Source: Planctomycetota bacterium | Lineage (GTDB): Bacteria; Planctomycetota; B15-G4 | Length of the DNA: 64,000 nucleotides | Direction: 5' to 3' | Assembly (NCBI GenBank): GCA_965248575.1 | Contig: CBDFJQ010000002.1 | Span: forward strand, 4,768,001 to 4,832,000 | Shown here: positions 1-9,271 of the stretch, in pieces | Layout: each line of letters opens with the position of its first letter | Position numbering within the stretch: the stretch's first letter is position 1 | Position numbers and translations under genes: made by a program | The notes under the pieces: generated by a model | Database searches by the model: none | Told to the model about the DNA's origin: nothing | What the model saw: the letters and a program-made list of their open reading frames with translations, nothing else

Positions 1-1
1 C

Positions 2-961
2 GACGATCCCTCGGTGGTCTCTCTGAGCCAGGAGACTCTTGCCCACTACTTCCAAGGGGGTGAGGAACACCAAGCGGCAAACCTGAGCACCATCACCCGG
101 GCGCTCTGCCTGGATCTCGAAGCGCAGCATCGATTGAATGGCATCACGCTAGGTGCTGATTTCCTCAACATCGGGCCGAACCGTATGGTTCGCGATCTGA
201 GCGCTGGCAGCATGCCCGTCGTCGGCTTGGTGCAGTCAGGGCTCGGTCATGCGGTGGTGGTGACGGGCGTGACCTATTCCGTGACAGCCGTGGGTCAAGC
301 GGCGATCAAGACCCACGAACTCAATGCGCGCTTGGATGATGCCGAGCAGTTCTCCGACTTCCTGGGCAAGGTCAAGAAGGCCCGAAAGCTGACAGAAGAA
401 AAGAAGAGCAAGAAGAAGGACGGCAAGAAGAAGGACGACAAGAAGAAGGGCGACAAGAAGAAGGGCGACAAGAAGAAGGACGACAAGAAGAAGGGCGACA
501 AGAAGAAGGACGGCAAGAAGAAGGGCGGCAAGAAGAAGGACGGCAAGAAGAAGGACGACAAGAAGAAGGGCGACAAGAAGAAGGACGGCAAGAAGAAGGG
601 CGACAAGAAGAAGGGCGACAAGAAGAAGGGCGACAAGAAGAAGGGCGGCAAGAAGAAGTCGTCAGGTCCTTCGGAGAAGCTGGAGGATGTCGGCAAGGTG
701 GTCGACGTCATGGATGGCCTTGCGGATGCCTACGCCATCGAGTCCATCAGTATTCTCGATCCATGGGACCCGGATCAGTTGGAGTTGACGCTGACCGGCG
801 AGCAGTTGCGCGAACAACTCGGGTTCATCATGACGCGCGAGATGGCGCACGAACTCCTGACCCAAGGTGGCGACGACACCCATTGGACGTTCCTGGGCGC
901 CCTTGGCTTGGAGTCTGACGTGTTCGAAGAGGCGCAAGCACTGCTTCGAAGTGATGACTGA
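2..961 (+). CDS. 5'-truncated protein, probable papain-like (C39-like) cysteine peptidase with Lys-rich insertion
   Basis: Frame open to the window edge; GHAVVVTGV and ILDPW resemble the His and Asp strands of C39-like peptidases; the catalytic Cys would lie outside the window. Confidence 0.5.
   Translation, partial: DDPSVVSLSQETLAHYFQGGEEHQAANLSTITRALCLDLEAQHRLNGITLGADFLNIGPNRMVRDLSAGSMPVVGLVQSGLGHAVVVTGVTYSVTAVGQAAIKTHELNARLDDAEQFSDFLGKVKKARKLTEEKKSKKKDGKKKDDKKKGDKKKGDKKKDDKKKGDKKKDGKKKGGKKKDGKKKDDKKKGDKKKDGKKKGDKKKGDKKKGDKKKGGKKKSSGPSEKLEDVGKVVDVMDGLADAYAIESISILDPWDPDQLELTLTGEQLREQLGFIMTREMAHELLTQGGDDTHWTFLGALGLESDVFEEAQALLRSDD
410..658 (+). repeat. 15-bp tandem repeat AAGAAGAAG-GRC-GRC, 16 units plus a partial one, encoding KKK[G/D][G/D]
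   Basis: Read directly from the sequence; in frame with the first CDS. Confidence 0.97.
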
Positions 962-1601
962 CCGTTACCCGGCCGTGCTCCTGGGATTGTTCCTGATCGC
1001 GGGCGCGGTCTCGGGCTTCGCGCCCAGCGATCGTTTCAACTGGGTGGCGGAGACCCTTCCGGCCTGGGTCGGCGTGGGCCTCTTGCTGGCCACCTACCGA
1101 CGCTTTCCCCTGACAGGGATCTCGTACACGCTCATCTTCCTGTTTGCGTTGATCCTGCTCACGGGCGGGCACTACACCTACGCCGAGGTGCCCTTGGGCG
1201 AGTGGTGGCGCGACTGGTTCGGGTGGGGCCGCAATCACTTCGACCGGCTGGGGCACTTCTTCCAAGGCGTCATGCCGGCCATGCTTGTGCGCGAGCTGCT
1301 GTTGCGTCGCACGATGCTACGCCCAGGGTTGCGGGTGTTTTCTCTGGCCTGTGCGGCGGCAATGGCTATCAGTGCGCTGTACGAGATCTTTGAGTGGCGC
1401 TACGCCGTGACCTTCGGAGGCGATGCAGCGGCAGACTTCCTCGGGTCGCAAGGGGATGTCTGGGATGCGCAGAAGGACATGAGCATGGCGCTCCTGGGAG
1501 CGATCATCGCGCAGCTGTCCCTGTGGGTGTGGCACAACCGGCAGATAGCCCGGGTTGTGGGGCGGATTCAAGCAGCGCCGGCGCCATTCACCCAGATCTG
1601 A
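954..1601 (+). CDS. DUF2238 (YjdF-like) inner membrane protein
   Basis: GGHYTYAEVPLG, RNHFDRLGHF, YEIFEW, FLGSQGDVWDAQKDM motifs; ATG 954 overlaps the end of the upstream gene. Confidence 0.88.
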   Translation: MTDRYPAVLLGLFLIAGAVSGFAPSDRFNWVAETLPAWVGVGLLLATYRRFPLTGISYTLIFLFALILLTGGHYTYAEVPLGEWWRDWFGWGRNHFDRLGHFFQGVMPAMLVRELLLRRTMLRPGLRVFSLACAAAMAISALYEIFEWRYAVTFGGDAAADFLGSQGDVWDAQKDMSMALLGAIIAQLSLWVWHNRQIARVVGRIQAAPAPFTQI

Positions 1602-1711
1602 AGCAGGGGGATAGACTGCCTGTGATGTGTCCTGCCCGTCCAGGTCGTGATCACCCTAGGCGTGCGCAGGAGATGCTGGCGTCCATCGGTTTTCCTTCGG
1701 TCTGAACCCTC

Positions 1712-3028
1712 ATGCTGCGACTGCTCCTGATCGTGACCGTGGCGTGTCTGTCCGCTGCGACCTTTGCGCAGTTGGATCCACAGCGGCCCAACGTCCTGGT
1801 GGTGCTGCTGGACGATTGGGGCGTGGATCGCATGGATGCCTACTCAGCATCCAGCTCACGCACTCCTGTGCTCGACTACGTGGCGAGCGTGGGACAGCGT
1901 TACACGCAGGCCTACGCGGACCCCATCTGCAGCCCCACGAGGGCGGCAGCGCTGACGGGCATGCTGGGTGTTCACACGGGGGTCATGGACGCCTTCCCCT
2001 GGGTCAACTTCACGTCGAACACCTTCGTGCTGGACCCCGCCACCGTGGAGACGATTCCCGAGCTCTTGCACTCGACAGGCTATGCCTCCGCGGCCATCGG
2101 CAAATGGCATCTGACGGCTCCCAATTGGCAACCTGACCCTTACCTCCACCCGGTGGAGTTTGGTTTCGATGTGCACATGGGGCCCATCACCAATCTCATC
2201 CTGAGCCTGGGTGCCTCGTACGACGACTACGAGTACAACCACGCCTTCGGACAGCAGGCCACGCAGATGCGTGAGACCACGTACGCCACCACCAAGCAGG
2301 TGGACGATGCCATTGAGTGGATCGCGCATCAGGGCGATGCACCGTGGTTCACGTGGCTGGCGCTCAATGCACCCCATAAGCCGTGGACGCTCCCACCGCA
2401 AGACCTGGTGAGCGTGGACCTCGCGGATGTGGTCACGGAAGAGGAGAAATACGACGCTGTGCTCGAAGCTGCCGACACGGAGATCGGGCGCCTCCTGGTG
2501 AGCATCCGTCGTGCGACCCTGCAGAACACGGTGGTGATCATCTTGGGTGACAACGGCACTCCACAGAGCGCCTTCAGCGATCCGAGCGTGCCCCAGAAGA
2601 AGGGCACCGTGGCGCAGGGCGGTATCCATGTGCCACTGATTGTGTGGCATTCCGCCGTGCAGCCAACAGTGGTCGAGGATCTCGTGCACGTTGTGGATCT
2701 CCATGCCACCGTGCTCGAACTCACGGGGACGCCCCCTCTGCCCATGAGCGATTCGCTCAGCTTTGCGCCCTTGATCCATGGCGCTGTGCAGGGCCCTCGG
2801 GACACGGTGTATGTCACACGCCGCAAACCCCTCGGCTTCGGGCCGTGGACCAACTCCTCGACGGCGGTCCTTGACGGGGACTACAAACTCAGAGAAGAAG
2901 GCTTCGATCGCAAGTTCTACGAGTTCCAGGCCGATGACCTGGAGTCGATAGTGGCCACTCCGCTGGGGCCGGTGGCGTTCGCCGCCAGGGCCAAGCTCAC
3001 GGCGGTGATGAACGCGCTCGCGCCTTGA
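1712..3028 (+). CDS. Secreted sulfatase (formylglycine type)
   Basis: Signal peptide, PNVLVVLLDD, CSPTR, GKWHL, NAPH, GDNG. Confidence 0.9.
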   Translation: MLRLLLIVTVACLSAATFAQLDPQRPNVLVVLLDDWGVDRMDAYSASSSRTPVLDYVASVGQRYTQAYADPICSPTRAAALTGMLGVHTGVMDAFPWVNFTSNTFVLDPATVETIPELLHSTGYASAAIGKWHLTAPNWQPDPYLHPVEFGFDVHMGPITNLILSLGASYDDYEYNHAFGQQATQMRETTYATTKQVDDAIEWIAHQGDAPWFTWLALNAPHKPWTLPPQDLVSVDLADVVTEEEKYDAVLEAADTEIGRLLVSIRRATLQNTVVIILGDNGTPQSAFSDPSVPQKKGTVAQGGIHVPLIVWHSAVQPTVVEDLVHVVDLHATVLELTGTPPLPMSDSLSFAPLIHGAVQGPRDTVYVTRRKPLGFGPWTNSSTAVLDGDYKLREEGFDRKFYEFQADDLESIVATPLGPVAFAARAKLTAVMNALAP

Positions 3029-3045
3029 CGAGGACGCGAGCCGGC

Positions 3046-3849
3046 TCAGCTGCCGTGGGTGTGGTCTGTGCCCAGAAGGTGTGCGTCGATGCGGTGCAGC
3101 ACCTCGAAGCGTGGCGGCGCCGTGCGTTGAAGCAGGGCTGCGTGCTGCGCGTCGAAGCACGCCACCTCTTCGGCGTTGAGCGTGGCGCCGATTCCGCGGC
3201 AGGCCCGGATGCGGCCACGCCAGCTTTCGTGCGTGAACGACAGACCCTCGTCGTACTCGAAGTTGCCCAGGAACGGGAAGTCGTCCGGAGTCCAGCCAGG
3301 CTTTGCTGCGATCAGCCCGGGCCAATCGGCGCCGCCCCAGTCGGAGTTGTGCTGCAGGACGAGCGCCTCGGAGGAGCGCGCGATGCTGTCCAGCCTGGGT
3401 AACCAACAGAGGTGGCACGTCATGAGCCTGCCGCCGGGGGCTGTCACGCGGCGCACTTCTTCGAGAACCCGTGGCGTGTCAAAGTAGAGCCAGCATTGGC
3501 TGGCAGTGACCAGGTCGAAGGAACCGGCAGGAAGGCCCGTGTCCTCAGCGGGGCGCACGTCGAAGTGGGCCTTGAGGCCGGCCCCGGCAGCGACGTCTCG
3601 CGCGGCCTGCACCTGATCGACGGCGATGTCCACGCCCGTGACGTGGGCGCCACGCCGAGCGAGCCCAAGAGAAAGGGCACCCGTGCCGCAGCCGAGGTCC
3701 AGCACCCGCAAGCCATTCATGGGGACGCCGAGGGCAGCGAGATGCTCGTAGAAGCTGTCCGGGTAGCCAGGGCGGAACGACGCGTAGTCGTCGCTCGTTC
3801 GCCCCCAATCGATGCTTCGCTGGCCGTCGTGCGCTGGGATGCCGTCCAT
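3046..3849 (-). CDS. Class I SAM-dependent methyltransferase
   Basis: VLDLGCGTG motif I; FDLVTASQCW; YASFRPGYP N-terminus. Confidence 0.9.
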   Translation of the reverse strand: MDGIPAHDGQRSIDWGRTSDDYASFRPGYPDSFYEHLAALGVPMNGLRVLDLGCGTGALSLGLARRGAHVTGVDIAVDQVQAARDVAAGAGLKAHFDVRPAEDTGLPAGSFDLVTASQCWLYFDTPRVLEEVRRVTAPGGRLMTCHLCWLPRLDSIARSSEALVLQHNSDWGGADWPGLIAAKPGWTPDDFPFLGNFEYDEGLSFTHESWRGRIRACRGIGATLNAEEVACFDAQHAALLQRTAPPRFEVLHRIDAHLLGTDHTHGS

Positions 3850-3862
3850 GACGCCAGCCTAC

Positions 3863-4256
3863 ATCGGGGCGCCGCCAGCGGCCGTGCTCGTCTCTTCCCT
3901 CGCGCCCGTCCGTCATGTGGTCATGGATGCTGTCGTGCGCGAAGGGCAGGTGGCGACCCTGGCGGTGGACGGCGAGCTGGGGGACGCCGTCTTCTTGTTC
4001 CTCTCGCATGTCCGCGCAGGCACCGATCCCGCCCCTCAAGGACGTGCTGGTGTTGGATGCCAACAGCCTCAACGGCCCGCGCTTCTTGGGCTTCGTGCCA
4101 ATCAGCGGAGATTTTCTGGTGCAGGCGACCGCTCCTTTTTTACCAGGTGGTGTGGATGCGGAGCTGGTGCTCTTGCAGTCGGCGTTCGTCAGCGCGGGTG
4201 GGTCGGCGACCCTCGGTCCGGCCACCAGCGTGGTGGTCTTGGACGCTGGTTTCTGA
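3863..4256 (+). pseudogene. Frameshifted C-terminal remnant of a secreted modular protein
   Basis: VVREGQVATLAVDGELGDAVFLFLS in one frame continues as AQAPIPPLKDVLVLD...LLQSAF...VVVLDAGF* in another; shift near 4007-4015; no start or signal peptide. Confidence 0.55.
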
Positions 4257-4647
4257 GCAGAGCGGACACACGCCAAAGCTCAGCCGGTCGAGTTCATGAA
4301 GGCACGGCTCGGCGAGTCGCCTTCGTGCGCTTGCACTGAGGGTCATGCGTTCAATGGGTTTCGAGCTGAAGCAACGAAGGGGCGAATTCTCGCACCGGTA
4401 GCATGCCGACATCCGGATTGCATGAAGCGCCCGAGAGAGCTGCTGGCGCAATCCCGAATCCGACCGTAAGTTGAGTGCGTCAAGTCGGGTCGGGCCACCC
4501 TATAGGACGGGTACATCCTTGGGTGGGTTCGTGGAGCAGTGAGTTCCGGTGGTCCACGACTCCGTCTCGGTGTGATGCCTCGGGTGTAGCCATCGATTGT
4601 CGTGGCTAGGTCTCCGCGGCTACCAAATCAGGACGAGGAAAATTCTT

Positions 4648-4956
4648 ATGCCAGATCCAGCCATGCAGCCAGAAGAAGATCCCCAGCTCTTGGGTGATAC
4701 CGCTCCGACGACGGTCACCGCGACAATGACCTGGTCCGGAGCAGGAGTCTCCATCGCCTTGCCCAATGTGGACGAAGCGGCGCCGTCCAGCGTCAGTTGG
4801 GACTCGACCAACATCTCGGAGAACTCTTCGTCCCGGTGGACGAGCAGCACCTCCACCGTGAGCAACAACAGTCTCAGCGCCGTGTATGCCGGTGGCACGT
4901 ACTCCAACGCCACTATCTCGCGCGGTGCGACGTCGGCTGTCTTGACGAAGAGGTGA
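4648..4956 (+). CDS. Small Ser/Thr-rich hypothetical protein (102 aa)
   Basis: GAGG upstream of ATG 4648; stop overlaps the GTG of the CHAT gene (GTGA). Confidence 0.65.
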   Translation: MPDPAMQPEEDPQLLGDTAPTTVTATMTWSGAGVSIALPNVDEAAPSSVSWDSTNISENSSSRWTSSTSTVSNNSLSAVYAGGTYSNATISRGATSAVLTKR

Positions 4957-7900
4957 TCGACTCGGCTTTGGTCGGTTTGGACATTGTGAAGTCGGGCCGG
5001 GCAACGTTCAGCGCACATCGCCGCTGCTTGATGATCGGGGCTCTCAGCATGTTGCTGCTGGCCCCGTCGCTCGCGGCGCAAGATGAGCCCGGCGATGGCT
5101 CGACGGACTCGAATCGCTTGCTCCTCGGAGAGCGACTTGAGCTCCAGCTGACGGTCGATGATCACCCCGTACCGGGCATGGGTGCTGCGCGGATCTTCCG
5201 CGTGGCGCCCGGCTCGGTCGGTTTCACCAGCTCTTCCATCACCGTCGAAGCAGAGTCAGTGGATGGCGATGTGTTGTTGGCGCTGCTCGGCGTGGATGGC
5301 ACTTCGGTGGCCGAGGATGATGACGGTGGCGTAGAGACGAACGCCCGGCTCGTTGTCAATGGAATCACGGAGGGGGCGGAGCTGCGCTTTCTCGTAGCCT
5401 TCAAGGCCACACGCGAGGCGGATGTCAGCCTCAGTGCGCATGCGGGCGTGGTTGAGCCGGCCACGGGGCAAGAGCTGGCGCTCGCACGTGGTCGCTGGCG
5501 AGCTGCCCGGGGGCACCGGCGCCTCGCCCGGGATGAGGCCGCTGGCGCGTGCTCGGACCTGATTCAGGCAGCGAGCCTGCTGTTCAATGTGGAGCGTTAT
5601 GCGGAAGTCGTGGCGGCGCTCGGCCCAGCCGAGCCGCTCTTGGACGAGCATGCGGCGGCGGCCGTCCGACCCTATGCGCGTGCATTCCATGCCTGCAGCG
5701 TGTATCGCCTGGGGTATCTGGGGGAGGCTCGCAAGCGCCTGGAAGCCGCCCTGTCCGCGGCGCGTTCGGCTGGCATCGCACCTGTTGAGATGTTGGTGGC
5801 GTCCGACTTGGGCCGACTCATGGCGAGCACGGGCGAGCAGGTGGGGGCTGAGGCTGCCCTAACGCGTGCCCTGGAGTTATCGCACCAGCTGGGCGATCGG
5901 GCCAACGAGCTCCTGCTGCAGAATGAGATGGCCCGCCTGTTTCTGGCCCAAGGCTGGATTGTGCGGGCGGACCAGAGTTGTAAGACGGCGGAGGCGCTGG
6001 CCGGCGAGTTGGGCATTCCGCGCCTGCTGTCGGAGACCTTGGCTACTCGTGCGCGATGGTATATCGCGAGCGGTGACGTGCGCTCTGCCGAAGCTCCGCT
6101 TGAGCAGGCTGTGCTCCTGTCGGCCTATGTTGCAAGCCGCGCCAATCTGCTTGGTGAGCTGGGTCAGGTTCGCCAACTCCTAGGTGACCCCCGTGGGGCA
6201 ACCCATGCCTTTTGGCAAGCAGCGGAGATAGCGGCGGAGCTGAAGGATCCTGCCTTGCTCGCGACTGCCCTCATGGGAATGGGGGGCGCCCACTTCAGCC
6301 TGGACGAACCGCTCGCCGCGAAGGATTGCTTCGAGGCCGCGCTGAAGGAACTCAACACAGTGGGCGACCCAAGGAACCGTGCCCTGTGCATGACGTTCTT
6401 GTCCGAGACGCTCTCGACAATGGGCGAGGGAGAACTCGCCCTCGCAGAGGCAATGAAGGCTCTCAAGTTGGCGCAGACCCTCGGTGACAGGCCGATGCTC
6501 TCCAACGCTTCTTCTGCCGTTCGCTTCTGTCACTACCTCGCGGGAAATTTCGAGCAGCTGGAGAAAATCACCCGCGATCATCTGACATCCATGGAACGGG
6601 CGCAGCTCCCGGCTGAGGTGGCTCGCGCGCACGCGGATCTGGCGGAGGTCCACTTCCAACGGGGCCGGCTCAAGGAGGCGCAAGTCGCGGCGCAGATCGC
6701 CTTCGAAACCTTTGAGGGCATGCGGCTCGACGAGGAGCGCGTGGCGTTCGTGGCTTCCCAGGTTTTGACGAAAGTTGCGATTGCTCGCGGAGATCTGCCC
6801 GCCGCCGAGGTTTCTATGGATCGCATGGAGCTGATTGCGCGACGAATCGAGATGAAGGCGGGGGACGCGCACGCGGTCTCAACGCTGCGATCTGGCGAAG
6901 TCCTGCACACCGTGGCTCAGTTGGCGTACGACCTCACCGCCTTGCGGGTGCGCAAGGCCAGTGCTCAACAAGAGGTCCGTGCTGCCTTGGACGAAGGCTT
7001 GCGTCTAGCCGGCCAATGGAAGGGGCTGGAGCTTGCCGAGGGCTTGCAGACTTTTCGACGAGCTGGAAGCAATCCAGAGACATCCGCCCTGCTGCAGGAG
7101 CGTCGACGGCTGCTCCAGGACCGCGACGATGTTGTTTCCGAGTTGCTCGCCGCCGTGGCGCAGGATCTCTCGCAGGAGGAACGCCAAACCCTGTCCGAGA
7201 AAGCTCACGGCTTGGACGGGGCGGCGCAGCAGATCGCCGCACAGCTCGCCGAGCTTTCGCCGCAGGATGCGTCCCTTGAGGGTCTGGTCAGTTGGGGGCT
7301 GGCGGAGGTCAGAGCCAGCTTGGCGAGCGACGAGGTGTACATCGAGTTTGTCGAAGGGCAGGAGAGGCTCTACAGCTTCGTCGTGTCGCGGGATTCGGCA
7401 CAGATGCACGACTTGGGGGAGGTCGCCACGCGTCGCAGGGAAGTCGATGAGTTTGTAGCAGGTTTGTCTCAGCGCGAGCGACTTGCGAGCTGTGAGACAA
7501 TTGCAAACGCGGGGGCGGAGGTCTGGGGTGCCTTGATTGGCAGGTCCCTCGATCAGCCGCTGCCCGGAGGGTCACGCCTGGTGATCGTGCCCAGCGGGTC
7601 GCTGTCCACGCTCCCTTTCGAGGCGCTTGTGCTTGCCAGCGCTGACGAGCCGTCCAGCTTCGAGGATGTCGACTTCGTGCTGGATGAGCACGAAGTGGTC
7701 TACGCCTCGTCGGGCCCGGTGTTCGCTGCGCTTCAATCAAGTGGGCCCCGAGCCACACCAGGTCGGGCGTTGGTGTTGGGTGACCCGGTCTATGACGCGC
7801 CGTCCACATCCACCTTGCGCGGCACGCGCGATCCCCGAAGCCTAGGCTTCACGCGCATTCCAGGTACACGCGACGAGGCGCTTGCCCTGGCGCGCGTCCT

Positions 7901-8585
7901 GCTGAAGGCGGCGGGTGCGGAGTCGACGGACTTCGGGGCCCTGGACATCCGGGAGCAGGATGGCGTCGAGGACGATGTGCTCGACTTACGCAGCTTGAGA
8001 CTCGTCCTGGGGCGCGAGCTGACGCCGGATGTGCTGACAGGTGACCTGCGCGAGTTCGGTCTCATTCACGCCGCGACCCACGGGCACATGGATGTGCACG
8101 ACCCTGGCTTGACGGGGCTCGCGCTGACGCCCTCGGCCAGCGACGACGGCTTCGTCACGACCGCCGACATCCTGGAGCTCACGCTCGATGCCGACCTCGC
8201 CGTGCTCTCTGCCTGCGAAACGGCTCGGGGGCGCGTACGCAAGGGAGAGGGCGCCTTGTCTCTCTCTCGCGCCTTCCTCTATGCCGGCGCACGCTCCGTG
8301 GTGAGCAGCATGTGGCCCGTGGACGATCGGGAAACCGAGCGCACCATGAAGGTCTTCTACGACGGCATGCTGAGCGAGGGTCTCACGGTGTCCAGTTCCC
8401 TGCGCGCCGCGAGACTCGCCATTCGTCACGGAAAGCCGTCGCCCGATGCCTTCCGGGGCGTGGGGCGAGGATCGAGCCTTGGCGGTTCGCTACGCAAGAA
8501 AGGCGGGAGCGAGCTCGCGGGACATCCCTACTTCTGGGCGCCCTTTGTGTACGTCGGGCCGACCTCGCTGAAGCTCGCGAGGTAG
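4953..8585 (+). CDS. TPR-CHAT (caspase-like) protease with N-terminal signal peptide and PPC-like domain
   Basis: IHAATHG and VLSACETA catalytic His/Cys, LPFEAL, SMWPVDD, HPYFWAPF; helical repeats; EDDDGG motif; start uncertain. Confidence 0.9.
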   Translation: MIDSALVGLDIVKSGRATFSAHRRCLMIGALSMLLLAPSLAAQDEPGDGSTDSNRLLLGERLELQLTVDDHPVPGMGAARIFRVAPGSVGFTSSSITVEAESVDGDVLLALLGVDGTSVAEDDDGGVETNARLVVNGITEGAELRFLVAFKATREADVSLSAHAGVVEPATGQELALARGRWRAARGHRRLARDEAAGACSDLIQAASLLFNVERYAEVVAALGPAEPLLDEHAAAAVRPYARAFHACSVYRLGYLGEARKRLEAALSAARSAGIAPVEMLVASDLGRLMASTGEQVGAEAALTRALELSHQLGDRANELLLQNEMARLFLAQGWIVRADQSCKTAEALAGELGIPRLLSETLATRARWYIASGDVRSAEAPLEQAVLLSAYVASRANLLGELGQVRQLLGDPRGATHAFWQAAEIAAELKDPALLATALMGMGGAHFSLDEPLAAKDCFEAALKELNTVGDPRNRALCMTFLSETLSTMGEGELALAEAMKALKLAQTLGDRPMLSNASSAVRFCHYLAGNFEQLEKITRDHLTSMERAQLPAEVARAHADLAEVHFQRGRLKEAQVAAQIAFETFEGMRLDEERVAFVASQVLTKVAIARGDLPAAEVSMDRMELIARRIEMKAGDAHAVSTLRSGEVLHTVAQLAYDLTALRVRKASAQQEVRAALDEGLRLAGQWKGLELAEGLQTFRRAGSNPETSALLQERRRLLQDRDDVVSELLAAVAQDLSQEERQTLSEKAHGLDGAAQQIAAQLAELSPQDASLEGLVSWGLAEVRASLASDEVYIEFVEGQERLYSFVVSRDSAQMHDLGEVATRRREVDEFVAGLSQRERLASCETIANAGAEVWGALIGRSLDQPLPGGSRLVIVPSGSLSTLPFEALVLASADEPSSFEDVDFVLDEHEVVYASSGPVFAALQSSGPRATPGRALVLGDPVYDAPSTSTLRGTRDPRSLGFTRIPGTRDEALALARVLLKAAGAESTDFGALDIREQDGVEDDVLDLRSLRLVLGRELTPDVLTGDLREFGLIHAATHGHMDVHDPGLTGLALTPSASDDGFVTTADILELTLDADLAVLSACETARGRVRKGEGALSLSRAFLYAGARSVVSSMWPVDDRETERTMKVFYDGMLSEGLTVSSSLRAARLAIRHGKPSPDAFRGVGRGSSLGGSLRKKGGSELAGHPYFWAPFVYVGPTSLKLAR

Positions 8586-8641
8586 GTGGGGCAGCGCGGG
8601 TCCGAACCACCTGGGCATGAGTGCGCCCCCTCTTCATCGGC

Positions 8642-9172
8642 TCAATCTGGCTGCAGTGGCGTGCTTGCGGTCGTCGGTCCGTCAGCGGTCTCTTCCGGCA
8701 GACCCAGCTCGGCGAGCCTGTCGCGTCGATCTTGCAGCAGGCTTTCGTAGAACTCCCGGTCGTGGAGAAACCAGGTTCCTTGCTGCACATCGAAGGGCAC
8801 GCGCTGCTTGCGAAAACGCTCCTCCTGGCTGACGAGCGACGCCACGGCCGACCGGATCTGATGAGCCAGACCTGAACTGCCAGCTTGCTTTGCGCGCAGC
8901 TCGAGTTCCTTGTTGGCAAAGAGAACCAGCACACACGGATAGCCGTACTGCCAGTTGGCATCGAGCTCCTCGATGGGCGGGTCCGTCTCAGCGAACTGCT
9001 CGCGCAGCCGGGTGACGAGCTCACGGAGCGCGGGATCGCCCACGCGGAGAAAGCGCCTCATGTCCCAGGTCGCATAGACGACGAAGAGCTTGTAGAGGAT
9101 GAAGGCGACAACGCCGATCCCCAGCAGCCCCATCATCGTCCAGAACACGATGTCCATCAGGGTCTCTATCAT
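8642..9172 (-). CDS. Hypothetical protein with N-terminal membrane anchor
   Basis: AGGAG upstream of ATG 9172; hydrophobic N-terminal segment. Confidence 0.65.
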   Translation of the reverse strand: MIETLMDIVFWTMMGLLGIGVVAFILYKLFVVYATWDMRRFLRVGDPALRELVTRLREQFAETDPPIEELDANWQYGYPCVLVLFANKELELRAKQAGSSGLAHQIRSAVASLVSQEERFRKQRVPFDVQQGTWFLHDREFYESLLQDRRDRLAELGLPEETADGPTTASTPLQPD

Positions 9173-9271
9173 GCGCAAGCACTCCTGATCATCACGCTCC
9201 AGTCGATCGTCCCGCGACTCACGAAGTTTGGAAGCGTGACGGCTGGTGGCCCGCGGACATCCTACAGCCTG

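Noticed and set aside
410..658. CRISPR array
   Set aside because: Contiguous in-frame coding repeat with no spacers and no cas genes
1625..1711. In-frame TGA (1703-1705) upstream of the first sulfatase as a second Sec site
   Set aside because: The sulfatase is complete from ATG 1712 with its own signal peptide; the upstream peptide looks non-coding
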